Below, piece by piece: positions 41,035-53,025 of a stretch of 64,000 bases of DNA (positions are counted from its first letter, which is position 1; each line of letters begins with the position of its first letter). Both the position numbers and the translations under genes were made by a program. Source of the DNA: Carpediemonas membranifera BICM. Its lineage: Eukaryota > Protista > Fornicata. The DNA lies in contig JAHDYR010000007.1 of assembly GCA_019828565.1 (NCBI GenBank), positions 382,373 to 446,372 of the forward strand, in the 5' to 3' direction. Below the pieces are notes generated by a model. That model did not search any database and was not told where the DNA came from. It was given only the letters and a program-made list of their open reading frames with translations.

Positions 41035-41492
41035 AACTCTAGCGAGACTGGTGTGGGTGGCAGTCGCGAAAGAACCGACGGTCGGCACATGAAATGCCAG
41101 GGGCCACCACTGTGTGGAGATCGCCGCGTATGTTCGATGACCCCGATGAACAGCCATGAACAGTTTGTACTTGATGATTCAACCGACCCATCAAATTGAC
41201 GCTCGCAGTGGCCGGTCGTCCCCCGTGTCAAGGCGACCGCCGATGGAACCGGGACTCCATCGTCTTGAAGTTGACCCTGTCACGCATTGCAAGTTCTCAT
41301 TCAGACCTTGTCCACTTGCAAGCGACCACTGTAGCCATACATCCCCGAACGACGATGCCGAGCTCAGAAGCATGGCAAAAAATTTTGAGACCCTCAGAGT
41401 ACCGAGTGCTCTCGCAGCAATCCCCCTCATTTCGCAGTCGCGCCATTTATGGTGACATATTCTACAGTAATAAATCGGCGGAGACACGACGC

Positions 41493-42878
41493 TCAGTCCC
41501 GCTTCACGAACGCCAGGAACTGCTCGGGCGAGCACGCCCTCTTGATGAACGGATGTGCGAGGACCTCGTCGCAGTTCAGCCGCCAGTCGACCTCCATATC
41601 CAGGCACTGCCGCAGGAACTGCTGGAACTCAGCACTCCACCGTCCGGGGTCGCGCAGGTCCGGTGCCCCCCTCGTGGCGATGATAAACACCGCCCTGAGT
41701 GGTGTGTAGTCGAGGTAGGGGGGCTCCGACTCGGCCATCTCCATCGCCATGATGCCCAGGGACCAGATGTCGACCTTCTCGCTGTACTCGAGGCCCCGCA
41801 CCACCTCCGGGCTCATCCAGTACGGCGTGCCGACAACACTGTTCCGCTTCCGCACCTCCATCGTAAGCTGGGTACAGTAGCCGAAGTCGGCCAGCTTCAC
41901 CTCGCCCTTGTCGCCAATCAGCAAGTTGTCACTCTTCAGGTCGCGGTGGACCCGGAACTTCGAATGGAGATACTGCAGCGCTTGGGCCGTCTCCCGCAGC
42001 ACGTACGCGATCATGGGCTCGGGGAATCCGTCCGGGTGCTTCTGGATGAGCGCCGTGAGGCTGCCCTCGGCTATGTACTCCATCGCGATCCAAATGTCGC
42101 CGGCGTCCGTCACGAACGAGTCCTCATACCGCACGATGTTCGGGTGCTTGGAGGTGTCCATCAGCGTGACCTCGTTCGCCAGGGCCTGCTTGCCTTGGGC
42201 CGTAGCCTTGTGGATTACCTTCAGTGCAACACGCTCACCGGTGGCATACGAGATGCCCAGGTAGACCCGACCCACACTGCCCTGTCCTACGAGGGTCAAC
42301 GCCGTGTACTCGGTCGGTTTCCCGCGGCGCCAGGACTGGTTCCGCATGACGGCCGTCTTGAACTCGTCATCCGTCGGTGGCTCGGGGATGTGCTGTTTCG
42401 CGCAGTCATTGAACAGCAGTGCATCGATGACAGCCTCACTGTTGGCCATGGCCTCGGTCCTATCGATCCCACTGTCCCTGAGCTTGTCCGCCCAGTCGTC
42501 GGGCAAGCCTGAGAAGCCGACGTCGCTCGCCTCGTCGACTCGGATGTGCATAAGGTGTCTGAATGTGCCTGCAAGTGGTCTGGAGACCAGAGGGATCTGA
42601 GAGATGGTGCGAGCGACCTTCTTTGGCGTCTTGCCTGGAACAAGGTTGGCAGGTAGTTCGGGAATAACTTCGTCGTCTTCCGCAGCTGGGAAGAACTTCT
42701 TCCACTGTTTTGGTAGTCCTTTCAATGTTCCTCTGTGCTCATCCATGGAAACATGCAAACCACGGGAGAACCCGGACGGGACGGAGACTTCCTCGACAGA
42801 CGCTGATATTCTGTCTGAATCGTCCGAGCTACTCTTCTTGGAACTGTTGCTTCCCTTCTTCTTCCTCAATGAAACCAT
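41493..42878 (-). CDS. PAK/STE20 serine/threonine kinase with two CRIB/PBD-like motifs
   Basis: GQGSVG, VALK, HRDLKSDN, DFG, SVVGTPYWMSPE; motifs VSVPSGFSRGLHV...GLPKQW and VSRPLAGTFRHLMHI...GLPDDW. Confidence 0.92.
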   Translation of the reverse strand: MVSLRKKKGSNSSKKSSSDDSDRISASVEEVSVPSGFSRGLHVSMDEHRGTLKGLPKQWKKFFPAAEDDEVIPELPANLVPGKTPKKVARTISQIPLVSRPLAGTFRHLMHIRVDEASDVGFSGLPDDWADKLRDSGIDRTEAMANSEAVIDALLFNDCAKQHIPEPPTDDEFKTAVMRNQSWRRGKPTEYTALTLVGQGSVGRVYLGISYATGERVALKVIHKATAQGKQALANEVTLMDTSKHPNIVRYEDSFVTDAGDIWIAMEYIAEGSLTALIQKHPDGFPEPMIAYVLRETAQALQYLHSKFRVHRDLKSDNLLIGDKGEVKLADFGYCTQLTMEVRKRNSVVGTPYWMSPEVVRGLEYSEKVDIWSLGIMAMEMAESEPPYLDYTPLRAVFIIATRGAPDLRDPGRWSAEFQQFLRQCLDMEVDWRLNCDEVLAHPFIKRACSPEQFLAFVKRD

Positions 42879-43275
42879 TCTGATGGTTCTTGTGGCAGCG
42901 TTCGCCTGGACGCCTGATTTGCTGTCGGGGTAAAGTGCGGAGTGAGTCGCCTGGCCCTGGACGGCTCCATTGAGCCAGGTGTGGTGCTCTGTGATGAATA
43001 CACGAGCATTTGTCGGGTTCAAGCCCTCTCGTGACCGTCGGTCGATGTGGATTCAGAGATCTTCACCATCACCATGGATCCATGGTTGAGAGAAGGAGAC
43101 GAGCCAGAGTCAGAGCACAGCACCGACAAGCATGGAGCACCACTATGCCACAGCGAACATCGGTAGTCTTGGCTGAATCGCGGAACTGGGCTATTTTCGG
43201 TCAAATATTTACGACCTCATCAAGGCACTGAACAGCTCCGCCATGGCAACAAACCCATTGGGGCTGCCCCGGCTC

Positions 43276-43980
43276 TCACTCCACCCGGGCCCGCTTCGCC
43301 ATGAGCCGCTTTTCAATGTCAGCCAAGGCAGCCTCGGCCTCCGCCTCCATCATCTTGGCCGGCGCCTCCACACTGGCCCTGAGCTGATCGTGGGAGACCA
43401 TAGGGAAGTCCCTGCCGCCGATAACGGACTCTGCCGGGATGATCTCAAACGGCCGATCCCCCAGCCAGTTCCCAGAGAGATGGTCGACCGCGAGCCGTGC
43501 ACTCTTGGGGTAGACGAACTCAATGAGGGCCGAGGCGGACTCCTGAGTCCTCTCTGGGACCAGCTTTCTCGCCCTGATCGGCCCGCAGACGGCGAAATAG
43601 TCTCCGATGTCATCGAGGGAAATGCGTTCATAGAGGTTTCCTATGTACACAGTGCGCTCCAGAGTCTCCCTTCGCGCCTTCTCGTGGTCAACGGTGACAT
43701 CCCGGTCCAGGTCCAGACGGCCGCGGCCTGGTAAGCGGCCAGTGAAGAGTTGAACCACTGGCCGTTCGTTTGGAAGCACCTCAATGCCATTTGCGTTTGT
43801 AGCCTTTGCTGCGGATGTAGGGTCCTTGTATTCGATGAGATAGCCGATGTGGTCCTCGTCTTCTCCTTGTGTAGGCCACAATTTGTTGATTTCCCCGTAA
43901 ATTCCAAATAGGTTCTCTACTACAGCTTTGGGGATGCTGGATGGATAGTTGTTAACTTGAATTGCCCGAGAATCAGCCAT
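43276..43980 (-). CDS. Two-RRM RNA-binding protein
   Basis: IQVNNYP/LFGIYGEI/YLIEY and TVYIGNL/FAVCGPI/ALIEF. Confidence 0.85.
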   Translation of the reverse strand: MADSRAIQVNNYPSSIPKAVVENLFGIYGEINKLWPTQGEDEDHIGYLIEYKDPTSAAKATNANGIEVLPNERPVVQLFTGRLPGRGRLDLDRDVTVDHEKARRETLERTVYIGNLYERISLDDIGDYFAVCGPIRARKLVPERTQESASALIEFVYPKSARLAVDHLSGNWLGDRPFEIIPAESVIGGRDFPMVSHDQLRASVEAPAKMMEAEAEAALADIEKRLMAKRARVE

Positions 43981-44157
43981 CACGTCTCCTGCATAAAATG
44001 CTCACGGATCGGGCCACGCCGAGCGGAGGGGGAGTACCTGGTTGGCCTGGATGGCGGGATGGACAGCCTGCGACCCTGCCAGATGCGCCAGTAGCGATCA
44101 ATCGGCAGTTCAATTTTTTCGCGCATCTTTTCTTGCAGAGCTTCTTCGGGGACACGC

Positions 44158-47100
44158 ATGGCTTCATTCCAAGGCCAAGCACCGCTGAAGCTCGCATCCG
44201 AGGTTCAATTCAGTATTCTTTCACCCGAGCAGATCGTCTGTCGACTAACCTTTGTTCGTTACACAGGAAGCCTTATCTGTTGGGGAAATCACACAACACG
44301 AGCGTTATAACAACGGCATTCCCTTGAAAGGAGGCCTTGCTGATAAGAGCCTGGGCTCTATCGACCGTGGTGTTGTTTGCGACCAGTGCCAAGGTGAAGA
44401 GGATTGCCCCGGGCATTTCGGCCACATACGCCTTGCCAAGCCCGTATACCACATCGGTCACCTTGACACCATCCACTCTGTCCTTAGATGCATCTGCCTC
44501 TCGTGCGGTAGCCTCCGTTTCGACCGTGGTAGCGACAAATTCGCCGCGATCGTGGACAGTTTGAACTCCTACTCCGACAGGACCGAACGACTCCGCGCCA
44601 TCGTCTCCGCGTGCAACTCATGCAAGACCTGCCCCGAGTGCGGCTGCACGCTCTTTGATGTGACCAAGAAGCGGGGTGAATCCAGCGACAAGCCACTGAC
44701 GAAGACGCCGCATTGGTTCGTCCGCAAGTACCGTCCCCCGGCCCTGAAGGACGACCCCACGCTCAAGGACTCCGATATCACCACCGAGGAGGCCCTCGCC
44801 GCTCTCACAAAGATGAAGGACGTCGACATCACCTTCCTCGGAATGGACCCCGTGTACGCACGGCCCGAGAACCTCATCATCAGATCCCTGCTCGTTCCCC
44901 CGCCCCACGTGCGGCCGTCTGTGAAGATGGACAACACATCCTCGGAGGACGACCTGACGTATATCCTGACGTCGATTGTTCGCAGCAACAACGAACTTAG
45001 AGAGTCAATTGAGCGCAACCAGGTTAACGCCATCGACGGCAGACACAACGCGCTCCAGTGTCTTGTTGTGAACTACTTCAACAACTCGCTTCCCTCGTTT
45101 GAGGCGGCGACACACACTACCTCCCGCCCCCTCAAAACCATCAAGGACCGCATCGACGGAAAGGCCGGCCGCATCAGACAGAACCTCATGGGCAAGCGTG
45201 TGAACTTCACCGCCCGCACAGTCATCACAGGCGACCCCCTGCTCGGCATAGACGAGGTCGGCGTGCCCATGAAGGCCGCCATGATTCTCACGTACCCTGA
45301 GCGCGTGACCCCCGCCAACATGGCCTGGCTCGAACGGCTCGTCGGCAACGGCCCCAAGACATATCCCGGGGCGAACTACATCATCCGTGACGACGGTGTG
45401 CGCATTGCACTCGGCGAGAGGTCGACTTCCTCGGTAACCATCGCGGTGGGGTACATCGTAGAGCGGCACATCCTCGACGGGGACTACGTGATGTTCAACA
45501 GACAGCCCTCGCTCCACAAAATGTCGCTCATGGGCCACAGGGCAAAGGTAATGCCGTACAGCACATTCAGACTCAACCTTTCGGTACGTTTCAACCCTTA
45601 ACAGACTAACCCATGTTACGACGCCGTACAATGCGGACTTTGACGGCGATGAGATGAACCTGCACGTGCCCCAGTCCCTTGAGGCCCGGGCGGAAGTCAA
45701 ACACATCATGGCGACGCCCAAGCAGATCATCACACCTCAGGGCAACAAGCCCGTCATCGGAATCGTCCAGGACACTCTCCTCGGGTCGAACCTGCTCACC
45801 AGACGGGACGAGTTCATCACGAAGAAGGAAATGATGAATCTCATGATGTGGCTGCCCGACTGGGACGGCGTGATGCCGTCCCCGGCCGTCGTCTTCCCCA
45901 CGCCACTGTGGACGGGCAAGCAGATCATCTCTGCCCTGTTGCCCAAGGTCAACCTCGTTGCGTTCCACGCGTCCCACGACAAGGCTGATACCAGCGTCGC
46001 GCCCATCGCCGACACCCGCGTCATCGTCCGCAACGGCACGCTCATCGCGGGCATGCTCTGCAAGAAGACGCTGGGCACCAGTGCGGGCGGTCTCGTCCAC
46101 ATTGTGTGGAAGGACATCGGACCCGAGGAGACCCGGGACATGCTCGGCGGCATCCAGCGCATCATTGCCGCCTGGTTCATCGGTCACGGCTTCTCGGTGG
46201 GCATCGGGGACTGTGTTGCGCACGAGGACACTCTCGGCAAGATCGAGCGCACCCTCGCCGAGCGCCACACGGCCTGTAACAACTACTTCACCCAGGCGTG
46301 CTCCGGCCAGCTGAGGTTGATGCCCGGGCAGACCATGCGGAGCGCCATGGAGGCGAAGATGAACAGCGAGCTGAACTCCCTCATCAACCTCTGCGGCAAG
46401 ATCGTCGAGAAGGACCTCAGCAAGCGGAACAACTTCAAGCGCATGGCCGGGGCGGGGTCCAAGGGTTCGCTCATCAACCTCTCCCAGATCATCGCCACCG
46501 TCGGCCAGCAGAACGTCGAGGGCCAGCGGCTCCCGTGTAACTTCAAGAACCGCACGCTGCCGTCGTACTCGCAGTTCGACTACGGCCCGCTGTCCCGCGG
46601 GTTCGTCAACAACTCGTACCTCAAGGGCCTGACCCCCACTGAGGTCTACTTCCACGCCATGGGCGGCCGCGAGGGGCTTATCGATACTAGTATCAAGACG
46701 TCATTCGTCGGGTACGCCCAGCGTCGTCTGATGAAGGCCATGGAAGACATCCGCGTCGAGTACGACCTCTCTGTCCGTGACTCCCAGGGCGAGGTCTACG
46801 AGTTCCTGTACGGCGAGGACGGCATCGACTCGACCCAGATCGAGTTTGAGCGGTTCCCCACCCTCACCGTCGGCGACAGGGAGCTGCAGCGGCGCTACAG
46901 GTTCACTGAGGACGAGCTCGTCTCCCAGTTCGGCCCTGGTGTCCGTCCTGAGATCCAGAGCGAGGCCGGGCAACGGATCCTCGAGCAGGAGTTCGAGCAG
47001 ATCATGATGGATCGGGACGAGCTCAGGGACATACTGTGTGACCCCATCACACATAAGCTCGAGTCCCGGTTCGCCATGGCCATCCCCATCCAGCGGCTGA

Positions 47101-49275
47101 TCCAGAACAGGGTCGTCGACATCAGCGCCGACCCACGGAAGGAGAGCGACCTCTCCCCCGTCGCTGTGGTCAGACTGGTTCGGGAGACGATCGACTCGCT
47201 CCGTCTCATCAGAGGCACCGGCGACCTCGCCCTCAACGCTGACAAGATGTCCCGCAAGCTGCTCGAGATCCTTCTCCGTTCCCACCTGGCGTCGAAGGAC
47301 GTCTGTCTCCGCCACAAGCTCACCGAGAGCGCAGTCAAGTCCATCATGAGCGAGATCATCAGCCGCTACAACCACGCCGCGGTCGCACCCGGCGAGTCTG
47401 TCGGTCCTGTAGCGGCCCAGTCGATTGGCGAGCCCGCCACCCAGATGACGCTGAACAGTTAGTTACCCCATGCAGTCTCACACAGCTTTCCATTTCGCCG
47501 GTTTCTCAGGCAAGAACGTCACGCTCGGTGTACCCCGGCTGACGGAGATCATCAACGTCAACAAGACCGAGCAGGTCAAGGCGCCCAGCCTCAGCATCGC
47601 CCTCAAGCCAGAATACGCCCAGAACGAGGCCCAGGCTAAGGAGGTCCAGGCGGAGCTCGAGTACACGCGGTTCAGCGACCTGGTCGAGACGTGCGACATC
47701 GTGTATGACCCGGACCCGTCGAACTCGACCATGGAGGAGGACCGGCCGTGGCTGCGGATGTACACGCTCATAGACGACCTCAGACCCGCCCAGGCGGACG
47801 CGTACAACCCATACACACTCCGGTACGTGCTCAAGATCGACAAGGTGCACGATAAGGCCATATTTATGCGAGAGATCGTCTCTACCTTCGAGGACGAGTT
47901 CGTCGAGGCGGACCAACACTGTCGCGTCTTCCATTCCGATGATAACGCCCGGAAGATGGTCATCCGCGTCCTCCTGCCCAGGGAGTCCGGATATGGCGTC
48001 GACCAGGTCGACGACATCGAGAACGACGACATCGACCAGACCATGATCGCAGCCGCCACTGAGGCGCACGACAGGCTGTCGGACGCCAAGTTTAGAGGCA
48101 TCCACGGCCTGAAGAAGGTGTTCATCGAGCAGGAAAAGGCCATCTACATCCTCAACAAGGAGACGGGCGTCATGGAGACGGGCGACACGATCACCGAGTG
48201 GAAGCTCGACACGGAGGGTACGGCGCTCAGAGAGGTGTTCAAGAACAACAAGGTTGACGCCAGCAAGACCGTGTCGAACTGCATCACCGAGGTCTACGAT
48301 GTGCTTGGCATTGAGGCTGCGAGAGGCGCCATCGTCAACGAGATCCGCATGGTGCTCGGCTTCGACGGCGCGTACACGAACTACCGACACTTCTCCCTCC
48401 TCGCCAACGTCATGTGCGCCAAGGGCTACATCATGAGCATCACGCGCCACGGCATCTCCAAGCGGTCATCGGGTCCCTTCATGCGGTCGTCATTCGAGCA
48501 GTCGACGGACATTCTCACCAAGGCTGCAGCGTTCGGCCTCAAGGACGATCTTCGGTCGAACTCGGCATCAGTGATGTTCGGCCGGCCGATGTCCACGGGC
48601 ACGGGCTCGATGAGCCTCTGCATCGACCCCCAGATGGTCGTGCAGGCACCACAAGTCCAGTCAACCGCCACAGCCCTTACTCTCGACAGAGACAACCTCA
48701 CGCCGGAACAGCAACTCGGCGACGACGGCGACCTCTCCATGGCCCAGGGCGCGAGCTATCAGAACCTGATCTTCTCGCCAGAGGCCGAGACGATGACGAC
48801 GACCGTGGGAGGAATGAACCCCCGCTCGCCCTGGATGACACCGATGACCGCGGGCACGGCAATGTCAGCCCTGGGCACCGTCGGACTCTCTGCGGGCTTC
48901 ACGGCCGGTGCAATGACGCCTGGCATGAGCATGGGCTTCGGTGCTTCTGGAGGCGGCGCCTCTATGAACTTCATGTCCGCCATGATGTCGGCGTCGCCCA
49001 ACTACAGCCCCGGCGGCCAGGCCGGGTCCCCCGTCTACAGCCCGACGTCGCCGCACGCCACGTCGGTCAATTACTCAGCGGCGGGAGGTGCGTCGAGCCA
49101 GATGTCGCCAGCCTACAGCCCCACGGGCGGCAGCGCCATGTCGCCGGCCTACTCCCCAGGGCAGGCTGGAGGGGCGTCGCCAGCGTACTCCCCCGGCGGG
49201 CAGATGAACTCGCCGGTGTCGCCAGCATACGGCGCGGCCAGCCCCGGTCAGATGTCGCCGGCCTACCATGATTGA
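44158..49275 (+). CDS. RPB1: RNA polymerase II largest subunit; join(44158..44235,44267..45583,45615..47457,47486..49275)
   Basis: CPGHFGH, GRIRQNLMGKRVNF, NRQPSLHKMS, YNADFDGDEMN, GGREGLIDT, SIGEPATQMTLNTFH, degenerate YSP CTD; introns of 31, 31 (GT-AT) and 28 nt. Confidence 0.97.
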
Positions 49276-49366
49276 TGAGCCTTGAAGGCAGTTGTATAAA
49301 GATGAACCAACACTGAAGCATGGGGAAGCGCCTTTATGTGTTATGGTGAGTCTGGCCGTCCGACAG

Positions 49367-50050
49367 TCATACGAAGAGCGTAGCCCGCGGCATCTGGTCA
49401 CGAGACACGCCCCAGAGCCTGGTGTTCAGTGGTGTCCGCTGCACGCTTTTCTCAATGGGCTCGATGTCCCCAAAGGATTCCCAGTCGACCCGGAGCACCT
49501 CAATGCCGACCTTCTCGAGGTCATCGAGGAGCATGGCGTGTGCCGCGTCCAGACCCCTGAGGTATTCAATGGGCATGCCCGCCTCGCACTCGCGCTTGCG
49601 GAGCTGTGTGATGCGGTAGAGGCACTGCTCGGGGCTGACGTCGAGGTAGATGCACATCGTGGGGAGGGGAAGTCCTCTCAGTGCGACCTCCCGCATCGTC
49701 TGGTACTCCTCGTACTGCTGCTCGGTGAAGAAGCCATCGACAAGGGACTGGTAAGCGAAGGCCCAGTCGCTGAAGACGGATCTGTCGAGGATTACGCCCT
49801 GGCCTGTTTCCTCGATGTGTAGGACGGCATCTTTGTAGGTAGCGAGGCGCTGCTCGAATAGCCAGCGCTGCATGATGGGTGCAATACGGTGGGGGTCCTT
49901 GTAGAAGTCCTCTAGGTACGGATTGCTCTTAACGGGTTCTTCGTATATTGTGTAGCCAAGAGTATTGCTCAGGGAAGTGCAGAGACTGCTCTTACCTGCT
50001 CCAATGTTCCCTTCTACCACAATAAGCTTTGATTGCATGGTTTTGCTCAT
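49367..50050 (-). CDS. Deoxynucleoside kinase family
   Basis: VEGNIGAGKSS, EEPV, LEDFY, DRSVFSD, RKRECE, EYLRGL. Confidence 0.9.
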   Translation of the reverse strand: MSKTMQSKLIVVEGNIGAGKSSLCTSLSNTLGYTIYEEPVKSNPYLEDFYKDPHRIAPIMQRWLFEQRLATYKDAVLHIEETGQGVILDRSVFSDWAFAYQSLVDGFFTEQQYEEYQTMREVALRGLPLPTMCIYLDVSPEQCLYRITQLRKRECEAGMPIEYLRGLDAAHAMLLDDLEKVGIEVLRVDWESFGDIEPIEKSVQRTPLNTRLWGVSRDQMPRATLFV

Positions 50051-50221
50051 TCTCTCGTGAGCTAATGCTTGCGCGCCACAACTTGCGCGCAGAAACGACT
50101 TCAGCCAAGTCGTGAGAAAACAGAGGCAAAAGTAGCAGAAGTAGGGCAAACTCACGCACATACACACGGTCACCCCCGCCGACGTCTACCAGCTCCATTA
50201 AGTTAAAATTTATCATGGCAT

Positions 50222-50887
50222 TCACGTCGCACCGGGAACCACAACATACGCCTCAATCGGTGTGCGACACAGCGGGCACGTTCCCATGCCCCTGCTCCTC
50301 ATGCCCCGCATGTCCTTGGTGCACAGGGCCAGATGGCGGCACGGAAGGACAATGACGGTCGCAGGGGCACACCGGCATATGGCGCAGCTCTCGTCGCTGG
50401 CGAAGAGGTCTTTGAGCTCCATGAAGGTGCTTGACCCCTTCAGCCTCACCTTAGAGCCTTCAAACTGCAGGATTTCTTCCTCATTGCACTCCTCGGCACC
50501 CTCGTCGAGCATGTGGATCGAATAGAAGCTGCAGAGCTCCTCAACCATTCCATCGCTCACGGTAGGGTGCAGAGACTTGATCACCAGCTGCGGGAATGTG
50601 GCAACGATCTCGCGGTCGACTGCCGCCTCGAACTCATGTGTGCCTGTCCCAACGGCGACGGGGGGCACCACAGAGGACGGGCGGCGGGTTGCAGTGTCCA
50701 CAAAGGCCGCCTGTATGGTTATCGGGGCCTCTGTCTTCGTATGGAGGATCATTTGAACCTGTGTGGGGGAGATGATCGAGAGCTGTGGTGAAACTGTGAA
50801 GGAGAGGCCCGCAAGGCCTGCCTTTCGATAGTGGTGGTGTTTGTGACCATGTCGCCGCTTCTTGAACGGCGTGTGAATGATATGCAT
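50222..50887 (-). CDS. RING-HC E3 ligase (MGRN1/LOG2-like)
   Basis: C-terminal CAIC...LPCRHLALC...CPLCR; start position uncertain. Confidence 0.75.
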   Translation of the reverse strand: MHIIHTPFKKRRHGHKHHHYRKAGLAGLSFTVSPQLSIISPTQVQMILHTKTEAPITIQAAFVDTATRRPSSVVPPVAVGTGTHEFEAAVDREIVATFPQLVIKSLHPTVSDGMVEELCSFYSIHMLDEGAEECNEEEILQFEGSKVRLKGSSTFMELKDLFASDESCAICRCAPATVIVLPCRHLALCTKDMRGMRSRGMGTCPLCRTPIEAYVVVPGAT

Positions 50888-50952
50888 GTTGAGTTTGGAT
50901 GTTTGCCCCTGCGAACTGTCGCGGGCTTCGCACTGTAAAGACAAGAAAGAAG

Positions 50953-51459
50953 TCAGGTCAAATAGCCCGCACTGGCGCGCATAAGGTCGAACTTCTTCAT
51001 GCTATTCTCTTGACTGGTCGCCTGGGCTGCAAGGTCCTGCTGCACGTTGTGGAATGCTTGCTCGGCCTGGTGGACCTTCCCCGTCAACTTCTGGGAGATG
51101 ATGTGGCTGGCATTAATGCACTCCTCCATCATCTTGCAGTCAGCTTGCAAGCTGGCGCCTTCCGCCTCGAGCTTTGCGTTCTGACGTCTCGTCTTACCGA
51201 GCTCCTGCTCGAGACCCTTGAGCTTGAACTTCAGATCCGCTATTTCGTCAACAGAAAGCAGTTGATGGTACTTGTTGCCAACATCCCCGCAGCGCTTAGG
51301 CGAAGGGCGGTTTGTTCGAGTAGATCTGGCGTACTCGTCGCGACTAGGCATCGTAGAGGCCCAAGAGGAGGACTGTTGGCGCCGATCCCTCATTCCAGTG
51401 GGAATATCTCTGCTGCGATGCATCACCGCCTGTCTATCGATCGAATAGCGATCACTCAT
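50953..51459 (-). CDS. Coiled-coil hypothetical protein
   Basis: Heptad-rich central region; the 3' end may be spliced. Confidence 0.55.
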   Translation of the reverse strand: MSDRYSIDRQAVMHRSRDIPTGMRDRRQQSSSWASTMPSRDEYARSTRTNRPSPKRCGDVGNKYHQLLSVDEIADLKFKLKGLEQELGKTRRQNAKLEAEGASLQADCKMMEECINASHIISQKLTGKVHQAEQAFHNVQQDLAAQATSQENSMKKFDLMRASAGYLT

Positions 51460-51711
51460 CACCCGCGCGTCAACGTGCATTACCCTGCTCCACAATCTTC
51501 GCTATTCTCGGAAGATTAACCGGCAGATTACCCAACGGATCGCATAGCGAAGAACCGCTTGGCTCGATAAGCTAAAGAAACCTTCTTCCAGGGTTTGTTC
51601 GGGACGGCTTCAGTCGAACATGACATCTGCCCGCCAAATTTCGAATCGCCTAGCGGCAAGAATTAGCGCACGGCATCGACCCACCAGCATTACCAACGAT
51701 GACTCCAGTCT

Positions 51712-53025
51712 TTACAACCCCAACGCGAACCCCGGGACCGTGCTCGGCATCGGGTCATCGGGCTGAAGGTCCAGCCGCCACGACTCGAAGCCGCCGTGAG
51801 ACATGTCTGGCGCCGGCATGATGGACCCGAACGTCCGCGGAGACCCGGGAACCCGCTCGAGCTCCTCCGACAAGGCCCGCTCGGCATCCTTACGGGCCGC
51901 GCGCTCCTTCTCGAGGTCTTCCCGCAGGGCCGACTGCTTCTTCCGCTCGGCTGCGAGGTCTGCCCGCACGAGCTCGAGGTCTGCGATCGCCTTGGCCTCT
52001 GCCGACTGAGCCTTAGCCAGGTCTGCCTCCAGGGCGTGGATGCGGTCGTTAGCCGACGCCAGCTGGTCCCCCTGCTCTGTGGCCATCCGCTTCAGGGCCG
52101 CCAGAGTTTCCTTCATCTCGGCTGACTCTCCCGCGTCGTCCTGGAGCCGCTTAGCTGCCCGCTCCGCCGCCGACCTCCGGAGCCTCTCCTGTGAAAGCTC
52201 CTTGTTGGCGGCGGCGAGGCTCTTCTCGAGCTTGGACGCCTTCTTCTCGGCCTCTGTGGCCTTCGTAGAGGCTGTCCGCGCGGTGCTCTCCGCGTTCTGG
52301 AGCTTCTTGCGTTGCTGCTTGAGCTCCGCGGCATGCTCCTGGTTCATCTCCTTCATGCGGTCATGCAGTTTCCCCTCCTTCCCCTCCGCTTCGACCTGCT
52401 TCTGTTCCGCCTCCTCTTTTAGCTGGGTGGCCACATCACGGGCTGCAGTGAGAGCTTCACGTTCTTTCTTCCTCTCTCGCCGCTCGGCAGTCAGGTTCGC
52501 AGTCGTCTGCGTGTGCTGTGTGAGCAGGGCCGAGTGCTTGGCCGTCAGAGACTCCAGCTTGGATGTGACGTCGGCGTGGTCGTGCTGGAGCTCCTCTAGC
52601 CTCCGTGTCTGGGTCGCATAGTCTTCCTTGAGGCTTTCCATCGAGAGTTTCAGCGTCTGTACTCGCCTGTGTGTGCGGCCAAGCTCCTGGCGCATCAGAG
52701 ATGTCTCCTGCTCGACTTTCTGGGATGCCATTTGGTTCAGGTATCCCGCGAATGTTTGAAGGAAGGAACTATGAGACATGGGCCCCGTAGTGCCCACTTG
52801 CGCACTGTATAGTGTTGTTAGAAGCTCTGCTAGCCACCCAACGTTGGCTTTGAACGTTCCTGGGTCGCCTAGGTTGTCTAAATCTTGTTCATCGTCTGTT
52901 AGAATGTCATCGTTGAATTCCAGAACATCTGGAGATGGATTATTGGCGTTCTCGTCCGGTGGGAACGAAAGGAATCGAAATATTAGGTCTCCAAGGTCTG
53001 AAACACCCGTCTCGGGATTGTTCAT
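51712..53025 (-). CDS. Long coiled-coil protein
   Basis: About 300 aa of E/K/A/R/L heptads. Confidence 0.75.
   Translation of the reverse strand: MNNPETGVSDLGDLIFRFLSFPPDENANNPSPDVLEFNDDILTDDEQDLDNLGDPGTFKANVGWLAELLTTLYSAQVGTTGPMSHSSFLQTFAGYLNQMASQKVEQETSLMRQELGRTHRRVQTLKLSMESLKEDYATQTRRLEELQHDHADVTSKLESLTAKHSALLTQHTQTTANLTAERRERKKEREALTAARDVATQLKEEAEQKQVEAEGKEGKLHDRMKEMNQEHAAELKQQRKKLQNAESTARTASTKATEAEKKASKLEKSLAAANKELSQERLRRSAAERAAKRLQDDAGESAEMKETLAALKRMATEQGDQLASANDRIHALEADLAKAQSAEAKAIADLELVRADLAAERKKQSALREDLEKERAARKDAERALSEELERVPGSPRTFGSIMPAPDMSHGGFESWRLDLQPDDPMPSTVPGFALGL

Noticed and set aside
49367-50050. Complex I subunit NDUFA10
   Set aside because: Intact dNK motifs, short length and no presequence fit a true deoxynucleoside kinase better
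50888-50975. Splicing the 50953-51459 coiled-coil ORF onto the RING gene
   Set aside because: The available GT donor and TTTACAG acceptor join into the wrong frame for the RING domain
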